DNA of 62,167 nt, filler included, from 4 parts of 4 records of this genome joined end to end with filler, not necessarily neighbours in it, one strand, 5' to 3'. Counted from the first letter of the whole stretch, positions 29,546 to 40,036 are shown. Numbers and translations are program-made. Notes: generated by a model not told the origin, from the letters alone.

Positions 29546-29645
29546 NNNNNNNNNNNNNNNNNNNNNNNNNNNNNNNNNNNNNNNNNNNNTTAATTAATTA
29601 ANNNNNNNNNNNNNNNNNNNNNNNNNNNNNNNNNNNNNNNNNNNN
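29546..29645. other. artificial contig-joining linker
   Basis: 44 N + TTAATTAATTAA (stops in all six frames) + 44 N. Confidence 0.98.
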
Positions 29646-29758
29646 GTATCCGGGCTTAGATGCTAACTTGCTGAGTTCGTTGCCGGCTGCATGAGGAACT
29701 TGACCTCGGCACAGTCCGCGAACGCCTCCAATATTACCAACTCCGGGACAGGTGAAAC

Positions 29759-30214
29759 ATGCACGTACGCGCCGCCCTCAGACAGGACCTCGAATCGATC
29801 GTTGCCATGCTGGCCGACGACGCGCTGGGCGCACAGCGCGAAGAACCTCATTTGCCGCTGCCGGAGGCCTATCTGCGCGCCTTTGAGCGCATAAATGCCA
29901 ACCCCGAACATCAGCTTCTGGTAGTTGAGAATTCCGGTGGCGAAGTTGTTGGCTGTATGCAGCTGAGCCTGCTGCAATACCTGACCTATCGCGGCGGCCT
30001 ACGCGCGCAGATAGAATCCGTGCGCACCCGCGCAGACATGCGCGGGCAGGGAATAGGAGAGTTGCTGATTAAACATGCGATTGCCGAAGCCCGCGCGCAG
30101 GGCGCGCACGTCATCCAGTTAACAAGCGATAAACAACGGCCTGCGGCGCTGCATTTTTACGAGAAGCTGGGCTTCCGCTCCACACATGCCGGCATGAAGC
30201 TGCATCTGAGCTAA
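29759..30214 (+). CDS. GNAT family N-acetyltransferase
   Basis: IVAMLADDALG, AQIESVR..MRGQGIG motif A, QLTSDKQR..A.HFYEKLGF. Confidence 0.88.
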   Translation: MHVRAALRQDLESIVAMLADDALGAQREEPHLPLPEAYLRAFERINANPEHQLLVVENSGGEVVGCMQLSLLQYLTYRGGLRAQIESVRTRADMRGQGIGELLIKHAIAEARAQGAHVIQLTSDKQRPAALHFYEKLGFRSTHAGMKLHLS

Positions 30215-30320
30215 ATTTGACGTTTTTATTGGCTGTTGGAATTGAAACTGATCGGGTTAACATTCGCAGACGGACTTGAGTTCTGTGGCCGGTAACACAT
30301 AGCTGCGGCGCAGCGCTCCT

Positions 30321-30373
30321 AACAAAAAAACTCAAAAAGCACCACCGTAGGTGAGGGCTGCTCAAGCCTGAAA
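30321..30373 (+). repeat. partial/interrupted copy of the contig 2-3 dispersed repeat
   Basis: AACAAAAAAACTCAAAAAGC then ~23 extra nt then AAGCCTGAAAGTG; compare 40127-40160. Confidence 0.6.
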
Positions 30374-30406
30374 GTGATAAAACACCGACACTGAAAATGT
30401 TAAGAA

Positions 30407-30862
30407 TTACGCAAGGCTCTGAATGTAAAAACGTTCGCCGCAATTGTCCAGAAACAGGCGGCCATCGTCGCTGCTGCCCAGGCGTAAACCAAGCTCTATG
30501 TGGCAACTTTGACGAAATCGCGCGATTAAACCATTGCGAACCGCAACCATGAGAATGCCGCCGGCGTCGGTGTAGGGAACGTGCGCCTGATCCAGCTCCA
30601 GTTCAGTGCCGTCGTTTAACAAAAAGGCGAGGCAATTGGCGTTGCGCTCAATGATATTGTTAACAAAGTAGGGCGTGTCGTCCACGCTGACGGGTACGCG
30701 CTCAGCGGGAGTGATGATCTGATGCACGCCGTCGCGATAGAATAAATACTGATAAAAAAGGCGCACCAGGCCGGAACGATCAATTTTATTCCGGCCGTAA
30801 AACCAGGTACCTTCGCGGTCGATGCGAATAGTTTCGCCGCTGTAGTCGGCAAGGTTTAACAT
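30407..30862 (-). CDS. DUF1285-like protein
   Basis: IRIDREGTWFY..IDRSGLVRLF, TPAERVPVSVDDTPYFV, VRNGLIARF; ATG at 30862 just after the pyrE-like stop. Confidence 0.78.
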   Translation of the reverse strand: MLNLADYSGETIRIDREGTWFYGRNKIDRSGLVRLFYQYLFYRDGVHQIITPAERVPVSVDDTPYFVNNIIERNANCLAFLLNDGTELELDQAHVPYTDAGGILMVAVRNGLIARFRQSCHIELGLRLGSSDDGRLFLDNCGERFYIQSLA

Positions 30863-30869
30863 GCTGACG

Positions 30870-31553
30870 TCACCATTTGAGAGCCTGTTCGCCGTACTGG
30901 TTGTAGTAGTTTTCCAGGTCGGTGATGCGTGCGTCATTAATCATACCGCGTGTACGCATCGTCGGCAGGAGGTCCAGCGCATTACTCATGGCATGGTAGT
31001 CAATTCCCAGCTCGGCAGTTGCCTCGGCCACTGATTTTCCGTCGTCGCGTTTTTCATTGCGATTTGTTAATCCGATGGCGGCCACGATATTAACGCCCAT
31101 GTCCTGCAGCGCTTTGGCGGCTGTTAACATACTGCCGCCGGTCGTTGTTGTATCTTCCAGCAGCACGACGCGGCCCTGCGGCGCACCCACAAAAAAGCGG
31201 TCGGCAGCATCGCCATGTTCCTTGGGTTTGGCGCGTCCCATCGGCATGGTATAGGTTCCCGGCCCGTAGTCGGCGCGGCGGCGGGCCCACTTAAACTGCG
31301 TGATGACACCGAGCTTGGTGGCACCTTCGGGCACGCCATAAAAACAGTCAAATTCCAACTCCTGTTTGGCTACGAACTGCAGGACGTAATCGGTTAAGTT
31401 GTCGAGCAGGTAGACGTCGTTGGAGAGCGTGCGCCAGTTGACGTAGTGCGGCGATTTACGCCCGGATTTGAGCGTTAGGTCCTGATCGCGCACACCAATG
31501 ATATGTTCGTCGATCACAAATTCGTTAAACTCGGCCGATTGGAATTCTTGCAT
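30870..31553 (-). CDS. pyrE: orotate phosphoribosyltransferase-like type I PRTase
   Basis: TLKSGRKSPHYVN, KPKEHG flexible loop, VVLLEDTTTTGGS PRPP-binding motif. Confidence 0.75.
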   Translation of the reverse strand: MQEFQSAEFNEFVIDEHIIGVRDQDLTLKSGRKSPHYVNWRTLSNDVYLLDNLTDYVLQFVAKQELEFDCFYGVPEGATKLGVITQFKWARRRADYGPGTYTMPMGRAKPKEHGDAADRFFVGAPQGRVVLLEDTTTTGGSMLTAAKALQDMGVNIVAAIGLTNRNEKRDDGKSVAEATAELGIDYHAMSNALDLLPTMRTRGMINDARITDLENYYNQYGEQALKW

Positions 31554-31756
31554 GCTAGTTTGCCTCGTAACGCTGAATGTGTTAGCCTGAAATGAGCTAT
31601 GGAATCAGCCAGAAGAGTTGAGCTTTAAACAATTGCTGCGGCAAAAATAGGCAAAGCGGCGATAGTCCGCACGGAAAAACAGCCGCATGCCTGCGAATAT
31701 TTTAACTTTTGAGATTTGGAGGGCCTGCGGAAGCAACTGATTGGCACTTGCGCAGA

Positions 31757-33064
31757 TCAGGGCGTCAGCAAAATCGATGAGCTGTCGGCCAGCAGCCCGG
31801 CGACACTGCCTGTCAGCAGGCAGGCGAGGTTGGCGGCAATCAGCGCGCGGAAGCCGACGGCAGCCAGATCACTGCGGCGTTCCGGCGCCAGGGCCGCAGC
31901 CCCGCCGATAAAGATTGCGAGTGAAGCCACATGCGCAAATCCGCAGAGCGCGTAGGAGACTATGACGGCCGATCTTCCGCTGATTTGTCCGGCGTCCATC
32001 ATCACAGCCAGATCCTGATAGGCGACCAGTTCGGTGACGATCACACGTTCGCCGATCAGTTTGGCGGCCGCGCCGGCTTCCGCCGGATCAACACCCAGAA
32101 TCAGCGTAAAGGGATAAGCCAGCCACGCCAGCATAGCTGTGAGCGACCAGTCCATTTCCGTGCCGAAAAGATTGCCACAAATGTTGCCGACACCGCCGAT
32201 CAGCAGATCCAACAATGCTACCAAACCGAGCACCGCCACGAGCAGGGCGGCAATTCCAACTATCAGGCGCGCGCCCGACATTGAGCTGTTGATGATGGCT
32301 TCAAAGAGGCTACCTTCGCGTTCATAATGCGGTGGCGTGTCGATTCCGAGTGTGACCGGAACGCCGTCCTCCGGCACAATTAACTTGGCCATCATGATTG
32401 CGGCCGGAGCAGACATAATTGAAGCCGAAACCAGGTGGCCGGCAATTGCCGGAAATTCGGCCTGCAGCGAAAATGTGTAAACGGCGAGGACATTGCTGGC
32501 GACGGTCGCCATTCCGGCCGTGAGGACAACACACAGTTCCGAGCGCGTCATTTTGCTCAGATAGGGTTTGACTGTGATGGTCGATTCGACACCCACAAAA
32601 ATGTTGCTCGAAGCGCAGAGCGCTTCAGCGCCGGAGAGGCGCATCAGGCGCGAGAATACGCGCGCAAAAGCTGCGATAATAAAGGGCATGATGCGCAGGT
32701 AGTACAGAATTCCTACCAGCGCGGCAAAAAATATGATGGTCGGGAAGGCCTGGAAGGCGAGCACAAAACCGAGTGATTGTTCGCCTGCGGCGGTTGTGGA
32801 TCCCGGCGGTGCGGCCAGGCGTCCGAACAGAAACTGCGCGCCTGCGGCGGCTGAGTTCATCAGCTCAACAACAAAACCGTTGACGGCCAGGAAGACTTCG
32901 CGGCCGGCCGGCAGCACAAACACAAAGACGGCAAACAGAATTTGCAGGCCCAGACCCCAGGCGACCACGCGCAGGTTAACCGAGCGCCGGTTTGTGGAGA
33001 GCAGCCAGGCTATACCCGGAAATACGAGCAGGCCCAGCAAACCCAGATAATGACCGTCTGCCAT
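31757..33064 (-). CDS. NupC/CNT family nucleoside transporter
   Basis: FPTIIFFAALV.ILYY, NIFVG, GMATVAS, SIMSAPAA, YALCGFA motifs. Confidence 0.9.
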   Translation of the reverse strand: MADGHYLGLLGLLVFPGIAWLLSTNRRSVNLRVVAWGLGLQILFAVFVFVLPAGREVFLAVNGFVVELMNSAAAGAQFLFGRLAAPPGSTTAAGEQSLGFVLAFQAFPTIIFFAALVGILYYLRIMPFIIAAFARVFSRLMRLSGAEALCASSNIFVGVESTITVKPYLSKMTRSELCVVLTAGMATVASNVLAVYTFSLQAEFPAIAGHLVSASIMSAPAAIMMAKLIVPEDGVPVTLGIDTPPHYEREGSLFEAIINSSMSGARLIVGIAALLVAVLGLVALLDLLIGGVGNICGNLFGTEMDWSLTAMLAWLAYPFTLILGVDPAEAGAAAKLIGERVIVTELVAYQDLAVMMDAGQISGRSAVIVSYALCGFAHVASLAIFIGGAAALAPERRSDLAAVGFRALIAANLACLLTGSVAGLLADSSSILLTP

Positions 33065-35532
33065 TAGTTTAGCTCCGCTGCTGCACTGGTTGCCGGCTCA
33101 CCTTGTTCTTTAACTTGAATCGCCAGAATCGTGATGTCGTCATGCTGGCGGGCATTGCCGACGAACTGGTTAACACTTTCAATGATTCCGGCGACGATAT
33201 CGGCGGCGTTGTTTTTGGCGCGGCTGATACTGCTGATTAAGCGTTTTTCGGTGAACTCTTCGCGCGTATTCTGCATCGCTTCGGTCACGCCGTCGGTATA
33301 AAAGACAACGACATCATCGATTTCGAGCTGGACACTTTGTGAGACGACGGCGCGGTCGAAGACTTTGCCGCTGTCGAGGCCGATGGCCATGCCGCGCGAA
33401 TCAATTGTTTCTACCTCGCCGGTTTTGCCCTGGCGGCGCAACATGGGGTTGTGGCCCGCATTGGCGAATTCAAGCACGCGTGTGCGCGTATCGTACACAG
33501 CGTAAATCATAGAGATAAAACGGCCGCGTTCCATCACACCATAGAGCAGGCTGTTTACACGATGCAGGACATCGGCGGCGCTGCCGGACTGACGGATCTG
33601 TGAAACGATGACACCTTTGGCGAGCGTGATGTAAAATGCCGCAGTCATGCCTTTGCCGGAGACATCACCAATCAGCAGGCCCAGGCGGTGTTCATCGAGT
33701 GTAAAGAAGTCGTAGTAGTCGCCGCCGACTTCAAAGGCGGGGACACAACTGGCTGCGACGTTGACGGCCGGGAAGTTCGGCAGTTTATCGGGCAGCAGGC
33801 GCTGCTGCACGGTCTTGGCGGCTTCGATCTCGCGCTGAATGCGTTTTTCCTCTTCCATGCGGTAGAGGAAGCTGGGTTTATAGTCTTCTTCGGAGACGGC
33901 TTCCGGCGGGCGCATGTACGCTACAAATCCCATGATCGCGATACCCGCAACTATTACCATGATGATGGGCGCAAGCACCGGCTGCATTTCAAAGGCAAAC
34001 AGGAAGGAGGGGATCGAGCCCGCCACGTTAAAAGCTATGACGCTGAGTATGTCATGGCGCAGCAACAGAAAGACGGAACACAGCCCGGAGAGGATGCCGA
34101 AGGTGAAACCGAGATAAATATCGGTTCCCAGGAGGGTTGTGGCCAGAATCGAGGCCAACATCGCACCTGCAATCGCCAGCGGTTGGCGCAGTGCCTTGGG
34201 CGCAAAGCGGTATGCCAAAACCGGAAAGAGGAGAATCGCTGCCGTGCTGATCAGCGGCGCATAAACCATCATGGCCAGGATTATCGCCGGATATGAAAAC
34301 ATTGACAGAAGAACAATTTGATCGCTAAAAAGCAGGCCATAGAAAAAACCATCATTGCCGATGCCGGCCATCCACTCCATGACCAGGGGAATACATGCCG
34401 AATAGATGAAACCCATTGACAGGCCAATCACGATACTGCGGCCGGTGAAATATGAGTTCCAGGGTTTGTTAATCAGGCGCAGCAGCGTGTAAAACTTGGA
34501 AGGGAAAATTTCGCGTGCCAGCGAAAAAATCCCGCTAATTGGCAGGGCGTACATTAACATTCCCAGCAGCACCACCTGAACCATAAATACCAGGATCAGG
34601 AAGGCCCAATGGATCTGCAGTATATCGATTGACGCCAGAAAATAATAGGAGCCGGCTACGATCGCAATGCTCAGCATGATGGGCAGGTTGACGGAGCGCT
34701 TGACCAGGCGGACAACACCAACGGCCAACAGGCCCAGGACAATCAGGATAATCAGAATCGATAGGACGAGCTTGGTAACACTCGATGCTCCGCGGACATC
34801 GGAAGGCTGGGACATCATTGGGTCGGCATCAAGACGCCATTCAACCAGTGGCGAGCGGTCACCGCGAATGCGTGCAAGCAGGGTTAGGGTTTTGCTGGCA
34901 ATTCCATCCTGCTCAAGTGTTGCCATGTACTTGATATCGCGGTTTTCGGTTTCAATGAGTTCCCATTGAAGGTTGTCGTTCTGCATTTCCTGCGGCAGGA
35001 AACTATACAAGGTAGACAGGGCATTGACGGAGTCCAGGCGCGAATCCCGGCTGATTAGAATTTCTTGTGCGCCGACGATTTGGCCATCCGCATCACACCA
35101 GATATTTGTGATCAGGTTTGAGCTTTCGGCTGCGGTTTCAGCGGAACGTGAAGAGACATTCCCAGAGTTCACGCTAAAGTTGAAACTGGCATCTTTGGTA
35201 ACGCGCATCCGGATGGAGAACTGATGCTGGTAGACATCGTTCGCCAGAAAGTAGTCGGCCGCAGCCAAAACCCCGAGAGAGTCACTCACACTCTGAATCA
35301 ACTCACTGTCGGTGCTGAGGCCTTTGAACACCGTGACGGTGTCCGGACTGATATTGCGTGCCACCAGAATGCTGTCCACAATTTGATCGGCTTTATCAAT
35401 AAAGCCGCGCGGCGTAAAGTTGCGCGCCTCTGATCCATAGAAGTGGTTTAAAACGAACAGAGAGACGACCGCCATGGCGACGAGTATCCATTCGGCATGA
35501 TGGCGTTTACGCTCAAAGTGTGCGAGTTTCAT
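33064..35532 (-). CDS. membrane-bound PP2C/SpoIIE (RsbU-like) phosphatase
   Basis: N-terminal TM, extracytoplasmic region, multi-TM block, then VGGDYYDF, IGDVSGKG, NAGH, YTDGVTEA, HDDIT. Confidence 0.87.
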   Translation of the reverse strand: MKLAHFERKRHHAEWILVAMAVVSLFVLNHFYGSEARNFTPRGFIDKADQIVDSILVARNISPDTVTVFKGLSTDSELIQSVSDSLGVLAAADYFLANDVYQHQFSIRMRVTKDASFNFSVNSGNVSSRSAETAAESSNLITNIWCDADGQIVGAQEILISRDSRLDSVNALSTLYSFLPQEMQNDNLQWELIETENRDIKYMATLEQDGIASKTLTLLARIRGDRSPLVEWRLDADPMMSQPSDVRGASSVTKLVLSILIILIVLGLLAVGVVRLVKRSVNLPIMLSIAIVAGSYYFLASIDILQIHWAFLILVFMVQVVLLGMLMYALPISGIFSLAREIFPSKFYTLLRLINKPWNSYFTGRSIVIGLSMGFIYSACIPLVMEWMAGIGNDGFFYGLLFSDQIVLLSMFSYPAIILAMMVYAPLISTAAILLFPVLAYRFAPKALRQPLAIAGAMLASILATTLLGTDIYLGFTFGILSGLCSVFLLLRHDILSVIAFNVAGSIPSFLFAFEMQPVLAPIIMVIVAGIAIMGFVAYMRPPEAVSEEDYKPSFLYRMEEEKRIQREIEAAKTVQQRLLPDKLPNFPAVNVAASCVPAFEVGGDYYDFFTLDEHRLGLLIGDVSGKGMTAAFYITLAKGVIVSQIRQSGSAADVLHRVNSLLYGVMERGRFISMIYAVYDTRTRVLEFANAGHNPMLRRQGKTGEVETIDSRGMAIGLDSGKVFDRAVVSQSVQLEIDDVVVFYTDGVTEAMQNTREEFTEKRLISSISRAKNNAADIVAGIIESVNQFVGNARQHDDITILAIQVKEQGEPATSAAAELN

Positions 35533-35667
35533 ACAGGCTGATTTACCCCGGCTTTGTCGGAAGGAAGCGCGTTGAGCGGTAATCTACGCAAAAGCCGTCA
35601 GAATTGAACTCGCCGTTTTTCGCGGGCAGGATGCAGGCTGTTTAGATTTGGATGTGGATCATCTGGA

Positions 35668-37734
35668 TCAGAATACAAATTCTGCACCGGCACGGATAGT
35701 GCGGCCGGCGCCGGGAATGCCGAGCTGGGAAAAACTGACGGCATCGCCAATATTGTTAACCCGCAGGAAAAAGTTCGTGATGAAGCCCTGGCTGAACAGG
35801 TAACGCCAGCCCAGACGCGCATGCAGCATGTTAAAGGCGTCGAGCTGCTCAAATTGATCTGTTGTAGCGTTGGCGCCAAACTGCGCGCCGACGGACTCAA
35901 GTTCAAGCATCAATTCCAGGTCGGCGGGCAGGTGCAGCATCGCCTGGATTCCAGCCAGGTATTCGGGGCGGTATTCCAGCTCCTGGTCAAAACTGTCGCC
36001 AGTTTTGCCGCGCGCATGCATGATTGTTCCGTTGGCATTCAGGTCCAGCCAGTCCAGCGGCCGGTACATGACGGCCAGCTCCACGCCGGCTACGAGGGTT
36101 TCATCGAGGTTAACACGTTGTTCTCTACCGTCTTCAAGCGTTTCCTTGGCGATACCGTCGGCGTAGAGATTGTAGAAGACGGCGCCCACAATTGTCAAGT
36201 CATTGATGCGCAGGTCACCGCCAAGCTCGGTCAGCAGGCCACTTTCAGGCCCCAGCTCTGGATTGATTTTAAATTTTCCGAGCGCGGCTGAGAACTGCTC
36301 GCGTGGCGTGGGGAAACGCGTGCGGCGTGCCACATTGCCAAAAACGCTCACATTTTGGCTAAGCTCATAACGCCCGCCGATTGAAGCACCAAAGTCGGTC
36401 TGTGCGTCGGGCGCCTCAAAGACTCCGGCCTCGGGGTTGGCCGCCGCGTCAAATGAGAGGCCGGCCGTCAGGCTCCAGCCATCCTGCAGCAGCAGGTATT
36501 CAGCGCCGATACTGCCCAGCTGCTGGCGATATTGATTCATCACGCGGCTGTCTTCGATATCCAGGATTTGGCCGTTGCTCAGTATTGTGTCGCGATAGCC
36601 GACAACTTCTTCATCGTGGCTTGAGTCAAAACCAAAGAGCGCAAATGTTAAAGTCTGCTGCTTGTCGATGTCCCAGCCAAAAGTCACACGGCCGCCAAGT
36701 GTCACGTCGTCACCCAGCTCGGATTCTTCGACGGAGTTGAAATTCTCGTCGCGGTAGGAGTCGATTTCCTGGTTAAACAGATCGAGCCAGAGTGAGGCGC
36801 GCAGCTGCATCGTACCGCGCGCATTCAGGAAGTGGCGCCCGTTCAGCGTAATCATCGAACGCTGCCAGACGGGGTAACGCCAGAAGCGTGCGCGCTCCGC
36901 GCGATGTGTTTCGGCGGCGATGCCTTTTTCTGCGTCGATGTGACTGAAGGAGAGGCCCAGCGTTGTGGCGTCGCCAAAGGCATATTCACCACGCGTAAAA
37001 AACAGGCTGCGCTCAAATCCGGTGTTTGTGCGCCGCCGGCTCTGCAGATTCTGGTTGCCCAGCTCGGAGTCGGCCAGTTCGGACGGCAAGAGATAACCGT
37101 CACTGCTCGTATAACCACCGAAAGTAATAAAGATAAACGCGCCGCTGCGCCCGTCAAACAAAATTGAATACGAGTCTTCAGTTTCGCCGGTATTAGTGCG
37201 CACAACACCGCCGTAGCCGTCGTATTGACGCTCCAGCGTAGAAATGTTAACTACACCGCCCAGGATATTGGGACCGTAGAGGAGCGAGCCCGCACCCTTG
37301 GCAATCGTCATTTGTCCAACCAGGTCGCTGGGAATCAGCGAAAGGTCAACACGATTATCCCAGGGAATGTTAAGCAGCGCGCCGTCCAGAAAAAGCGCCG
37401 TTTGGCGCTCACCGGCACCGCGCAGGAAGAGGAGTGATTCACCGCGTGAATTAGTCTGCACGCGTGCTGCGGGCACGAGTGGCGCCAGCTCACTTACCGA
37501 AAGCGCGTCGCGCCGCTGAATGTCGCGCGCCTGCACTCGCTGGAAGCTGGCGCTTTCAACGCGCGCGCCTTTGTCGCGTGCGCGGCTGGTCGTCACAACT
37601 TCGCCGAGTTCGTAGACGCGCAGGCTGTCGGAATTATGGGTGGAATCGGCCTGCGCCTGCAGCGTCGGGCTGCCAAAAATGAACAGACATACCGTGAGTA
37701 TGCTGGAGAGGAAACTGGATGTATAGTTTGGCAT
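35668..37734 (-). CDS. TonB-dependent outer-membrane receptor
   Basis: signal peptide, EVVTTS TonB box, KGAGSLLYG..LGGVVNI plug end, NPELGPE, GRTIRAGAEFVF C-terminus. Confidence 0.9.
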   Translation of the reverse strand: MPNYTSSFLSSILTVCLFIFGSPTLQAQADSTHNSDSLRVYELGEVVTTSRARDKGARVESASFQRVQARDIQRRDALSVSELAPLVPAARVQTNSRGESLLFLRGAGERQTALFLDGALLNIPWDNRVDLSLIPSDLVGQMTIAKGAGSLLYGPNILGGVVNISTLERQYDGYGGVVRTNTGETEDSYSILFDGRSGAFIFITFGGYTSSDGYLLPSELADSELGNQNLQSRRRTNTGFERSLFFTRGEYAFGDATTLGLSFSHIDAEKGIAAETHRAERARFWRYPVWQRSMITLNGRHFLNARGTMQLRASLWLDLFNQEIDSYRDENFNSVEESELGDDVTLGGRVTFGWDIDKQQTLTFALFGFDSSHDEEVVGYRDTILSNGQILDIEDSRVMNQYRQQLGSIGAEYLLLQDGWSLTAGLSFDAAANPEAGVFEAPDAQTDFGASIGGRYELSQNVSVFGNVARRTRFPTPREQFSAALGKFKINPELGPESGLLTELGGDLRINDLTIVGAVFYNLYADGIAKETLEDGREQRVNLDETLVAGVELAVMYRPLDWLDLNANGTIMHARGKTGDSFDQELEYRPEYLAGIQAMLHLPADLELMLELESVGAQFGANATTDQFEQLDAFNMLHARLGWRYLFSQGFITNFFLRVNNIGDAVSFSQLGIPGAGRTIRAGAEFVF

Positions 37735-37831
37735 TGTATTGCGTCTGCTTTCGGAAGTAAAGTTCACCCGGGCCGGGAAGGCACCGTACGCTGCGTGTTT
37801 GCGTCATTCGTGACCCGCAGTGCTCAAGCGT

Positions 37832-38563
37832 TTAGCGGCCGCCGCCGAGCGCATGTGCGCCAATCGTCCATAATATTTTGATGCCGGCTTTGATTGTGCC
37901 CTGAATTGTGCCGGTCACCTTGGAAACGCCGATGCGTTTGCGGTATGACACTCCAACTTCATCGCAGCGCAGTTTGGCTTTGGCGGCTTTGATTTGCATC
38001 TCGACCGTCCAGCCATAATTGCGGTCGCGCATGTTCAGGTCTTGCAGCGAGGACCAACGAATCGAGCGGAATGGTCCCAGGTCGGTGAACTTAACGCCCC
38101 AGAACAGCTGGATTAGCCGCGTGGAGAGCCAGTTGCCGAAACGGGCCTGCGGCAGGAGTGCGCCGTCCTCATGATTGCCGCGCACGCGTGAGCCGATGAC
38201 CATGTCGGCACGGTCCTGCAGGATCGGTTCGAGCAGCAGCGGCATCTCTTCGGGGTAGTCGCTGTAGTCGCCATCAAGAAACACGACAATATCGGGATCG
38301 TGGCGTGCGGCTTCCTGCATGGCGCGCAAACAGGCGGCGCCATAGCCGCGCTCTGGCTCCTGGACTACTATTGCCCCGGCGGCGTGTGCCACTTCCATTG
38401 AGCGATCCTCGGATCCGTTGTCGCCAACGACGACCGTCACATTTAAATGTGACGGGATATCGGCGATGACGTGGCCAATCGAATCTTCTTCGTTAAGAAC
38501 CGGAATAATGACCGCGATGCGAGCGGCCGGAGCCTGCTGCTGCGCACTGGAATCGTATGGCAT
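37832..38563 (-). CDS. glycosyltransferase family 2 (DPM1-like)
   Basis: VIIPVLNEE, GDNGSED, FLDGDYSD, TDLGPFR motifs. Confidence 0.88.
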   Translation of the reverse strand: MPYDSSAQQQAPAARIAVIIPVLNEEDSIGHVIADIPSHLNVTVVVGDNGSEDRSMEVAHAAGAIVVQEPERGYGAACLRAMQEAARHDPDIVVFLDGDYSDYPEEMPLLLEPILQDRADMVIGSRVRGNHEDGALLPQARFGNWLSTRLIQLFWGVKFTDLGPFRSIRWSSLQDLNMRDRNYGWTVEMQIKAAKAKLRCDEVGVSYRKRIGVSKVTGTIQGTIKAGIKILWTIGAHALGGGR

Positions 38564-38620
38564 GCGGGAGAATCGTAACTTGCGCCAAATGCGCGTTTGC
38601 AAAACAATGTGATACGACTA

Positions 38621-40036
38621 ATGCCTCGTTTCTATTTTATCGGAATCGGCGGAACAGCTATGGGCGCCGTGGCAATTGCTCTGGCGCGTTCCGGTGCCGA
38701 AGTCTGTGGCTCCGACCACTGTGTTTATCCGCCGATGAGCGACGCACTGCGCGCCGCCGGCATCGAATGGTTTGATGGTTTTGACGCTGCCAATCTCAGC
38801 GCAAGCCAGCCTGATATTATCGTGGCCGGCAACGCCGTCAGCCGCGGCAACCCCGAAGTGGAGTGGGCGCTGGACCAGCGGCGACGCATGACCTCGCTGC
38901 CCGAACTCGTACGCGAACACCTAATCGGCTCCGGGAGTTCGGTCGTCGTCAGCGGCACACATGGCAAAACGACCACCACGTCAATGACGGCGTGGCTGCT
39001 GGAACACGCGGGAAAACATCCTGGTTTCATGATCGGCGCCGTTCCTGCAAATTTTGACGGCGGCTGCCGCGCCCCGCAGCAAAACAATGCGCCTTTTGTG
39101 GTGGAAGGTGATGAATACGACAGCGCCTTTTTTGACAAACGTTCCAAATTTGTGCATTACCGCCCGGACATCGCAATTGTTAACGCCCTGGAATTTGACC
39201 ATGCCGATATCTTTGATTCGCTGGAAGACATCCAGCGCAGTTTCCGGCATATGCTGCGCCTGGTGCCGCGCGGCGGTTTGATTCTGGCGCGTGCGGCCGA
39301 CAGCAAGATTGACGCGGTCTTAAACGAGGCATATTGCCCGGTGGAGCGCTTTGGATTTGAGGCCGGTGCCGACTGGCGGATTAACATTCTCAGGAGCGGC
39401 ACCGGATTTGCAGAGTTCAGCTTAACATATCAGGGCGCGCTGTTTGGTGAATTTCACCTGCCGATGGCCGGTGAACACAATGTGGCGAATGCTACAGCCG
39501 CAATCGCTGCAGCACATCGGTTGGGGCTGAGCGCCGCACAGACCGCGGCGGCACTGCGTGAGTTTAAGCCGCCCAAGCGTCGCCTTGAATTGCTGGGCAC
39601 CTGGCGCGGCATGCGTGTGATTGACGACTTTGCGCATCATCCAACGGCAATCCGCGCAACACTTAACACTTTGGCGGCGAGTAGTTCCGGCCGCATTCTC
39701 GCAGTCTTTGAGCCGCGCTCGAATACAACGACACGCAATATTTTCCAGGCGGAACTGGCAAGGGCGTTTGACAAGGCCGATCTTGTCATTATCGCGCCGC
39801 TGAACCGTCCGGAACGGTATGCCGACGATGAGCGCCTTAATCTTAAACAACTACAAACTGAAATCGAGGCGCGCGGTCCCAAAGTATGCCTGATTCCAGC
39901 CGCGGCGGCACCGGACTGGGGCGCAGCAGCCCGCGACCTGCTGGCACAACATGCACGAGCGGGAGACCTGGTAGCCATTCTCAGTAATGGAGCCGTTGGC
40001 GGCCTGCGCAAATTGTTAACAGATGAAATGACCTGA
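38621..40036 (+). CDS. mpl: UDP-MurNAc:L-Ala-gamma-D-Glu-meso-DAP ligase (murein peptide ligase)
   Basis: GIGGTAMG, GTHGKTTTT, EGDEYDSAFFDKRSKF, EFDHADIF, DDFAHHPTAI, FEPRSNT. Confidence 0.9.
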   Translation: MPRFYFIGIGGTAMGAVAIALARSGAEVCGSDHCVYPPMSDALRAAGIEWFDGFDAANLSASQPDIIVAGNAVSRGNPEVEWALDQRRRMTSLPELVREHLIGSGSSVVVSGTHGKTTTTSMTAWLLEHAGKHPGFMIGAVPANFDGGCRAPQQNNAPFVVEGDEYDSAFFDKRSKFVHYRPDIAIVNALEFDHADIFDSLEDIQRSFRHMLRLVPRGGLILARAADSKIDAVLNEAYCPVERFGFEAGADWRINILRSGTGFAEFSLTYQGALFGEFHLPMAGEHNVANATAAIAAAHRLGLSAAQTAAALREFKPPKRRLELLGTWRGMRVIDDFAHHPTAIRATLNTLAASSSGRILAVFEPRSNTTTRNIFQAELARAFDKADLVIIAPLNRPERYADDERLNLKQLQTEIEARGPKVCLIPAAAAPDWGAAARDLLAQHARAGDLVAILSNGAVGGLRKLLTDEMT

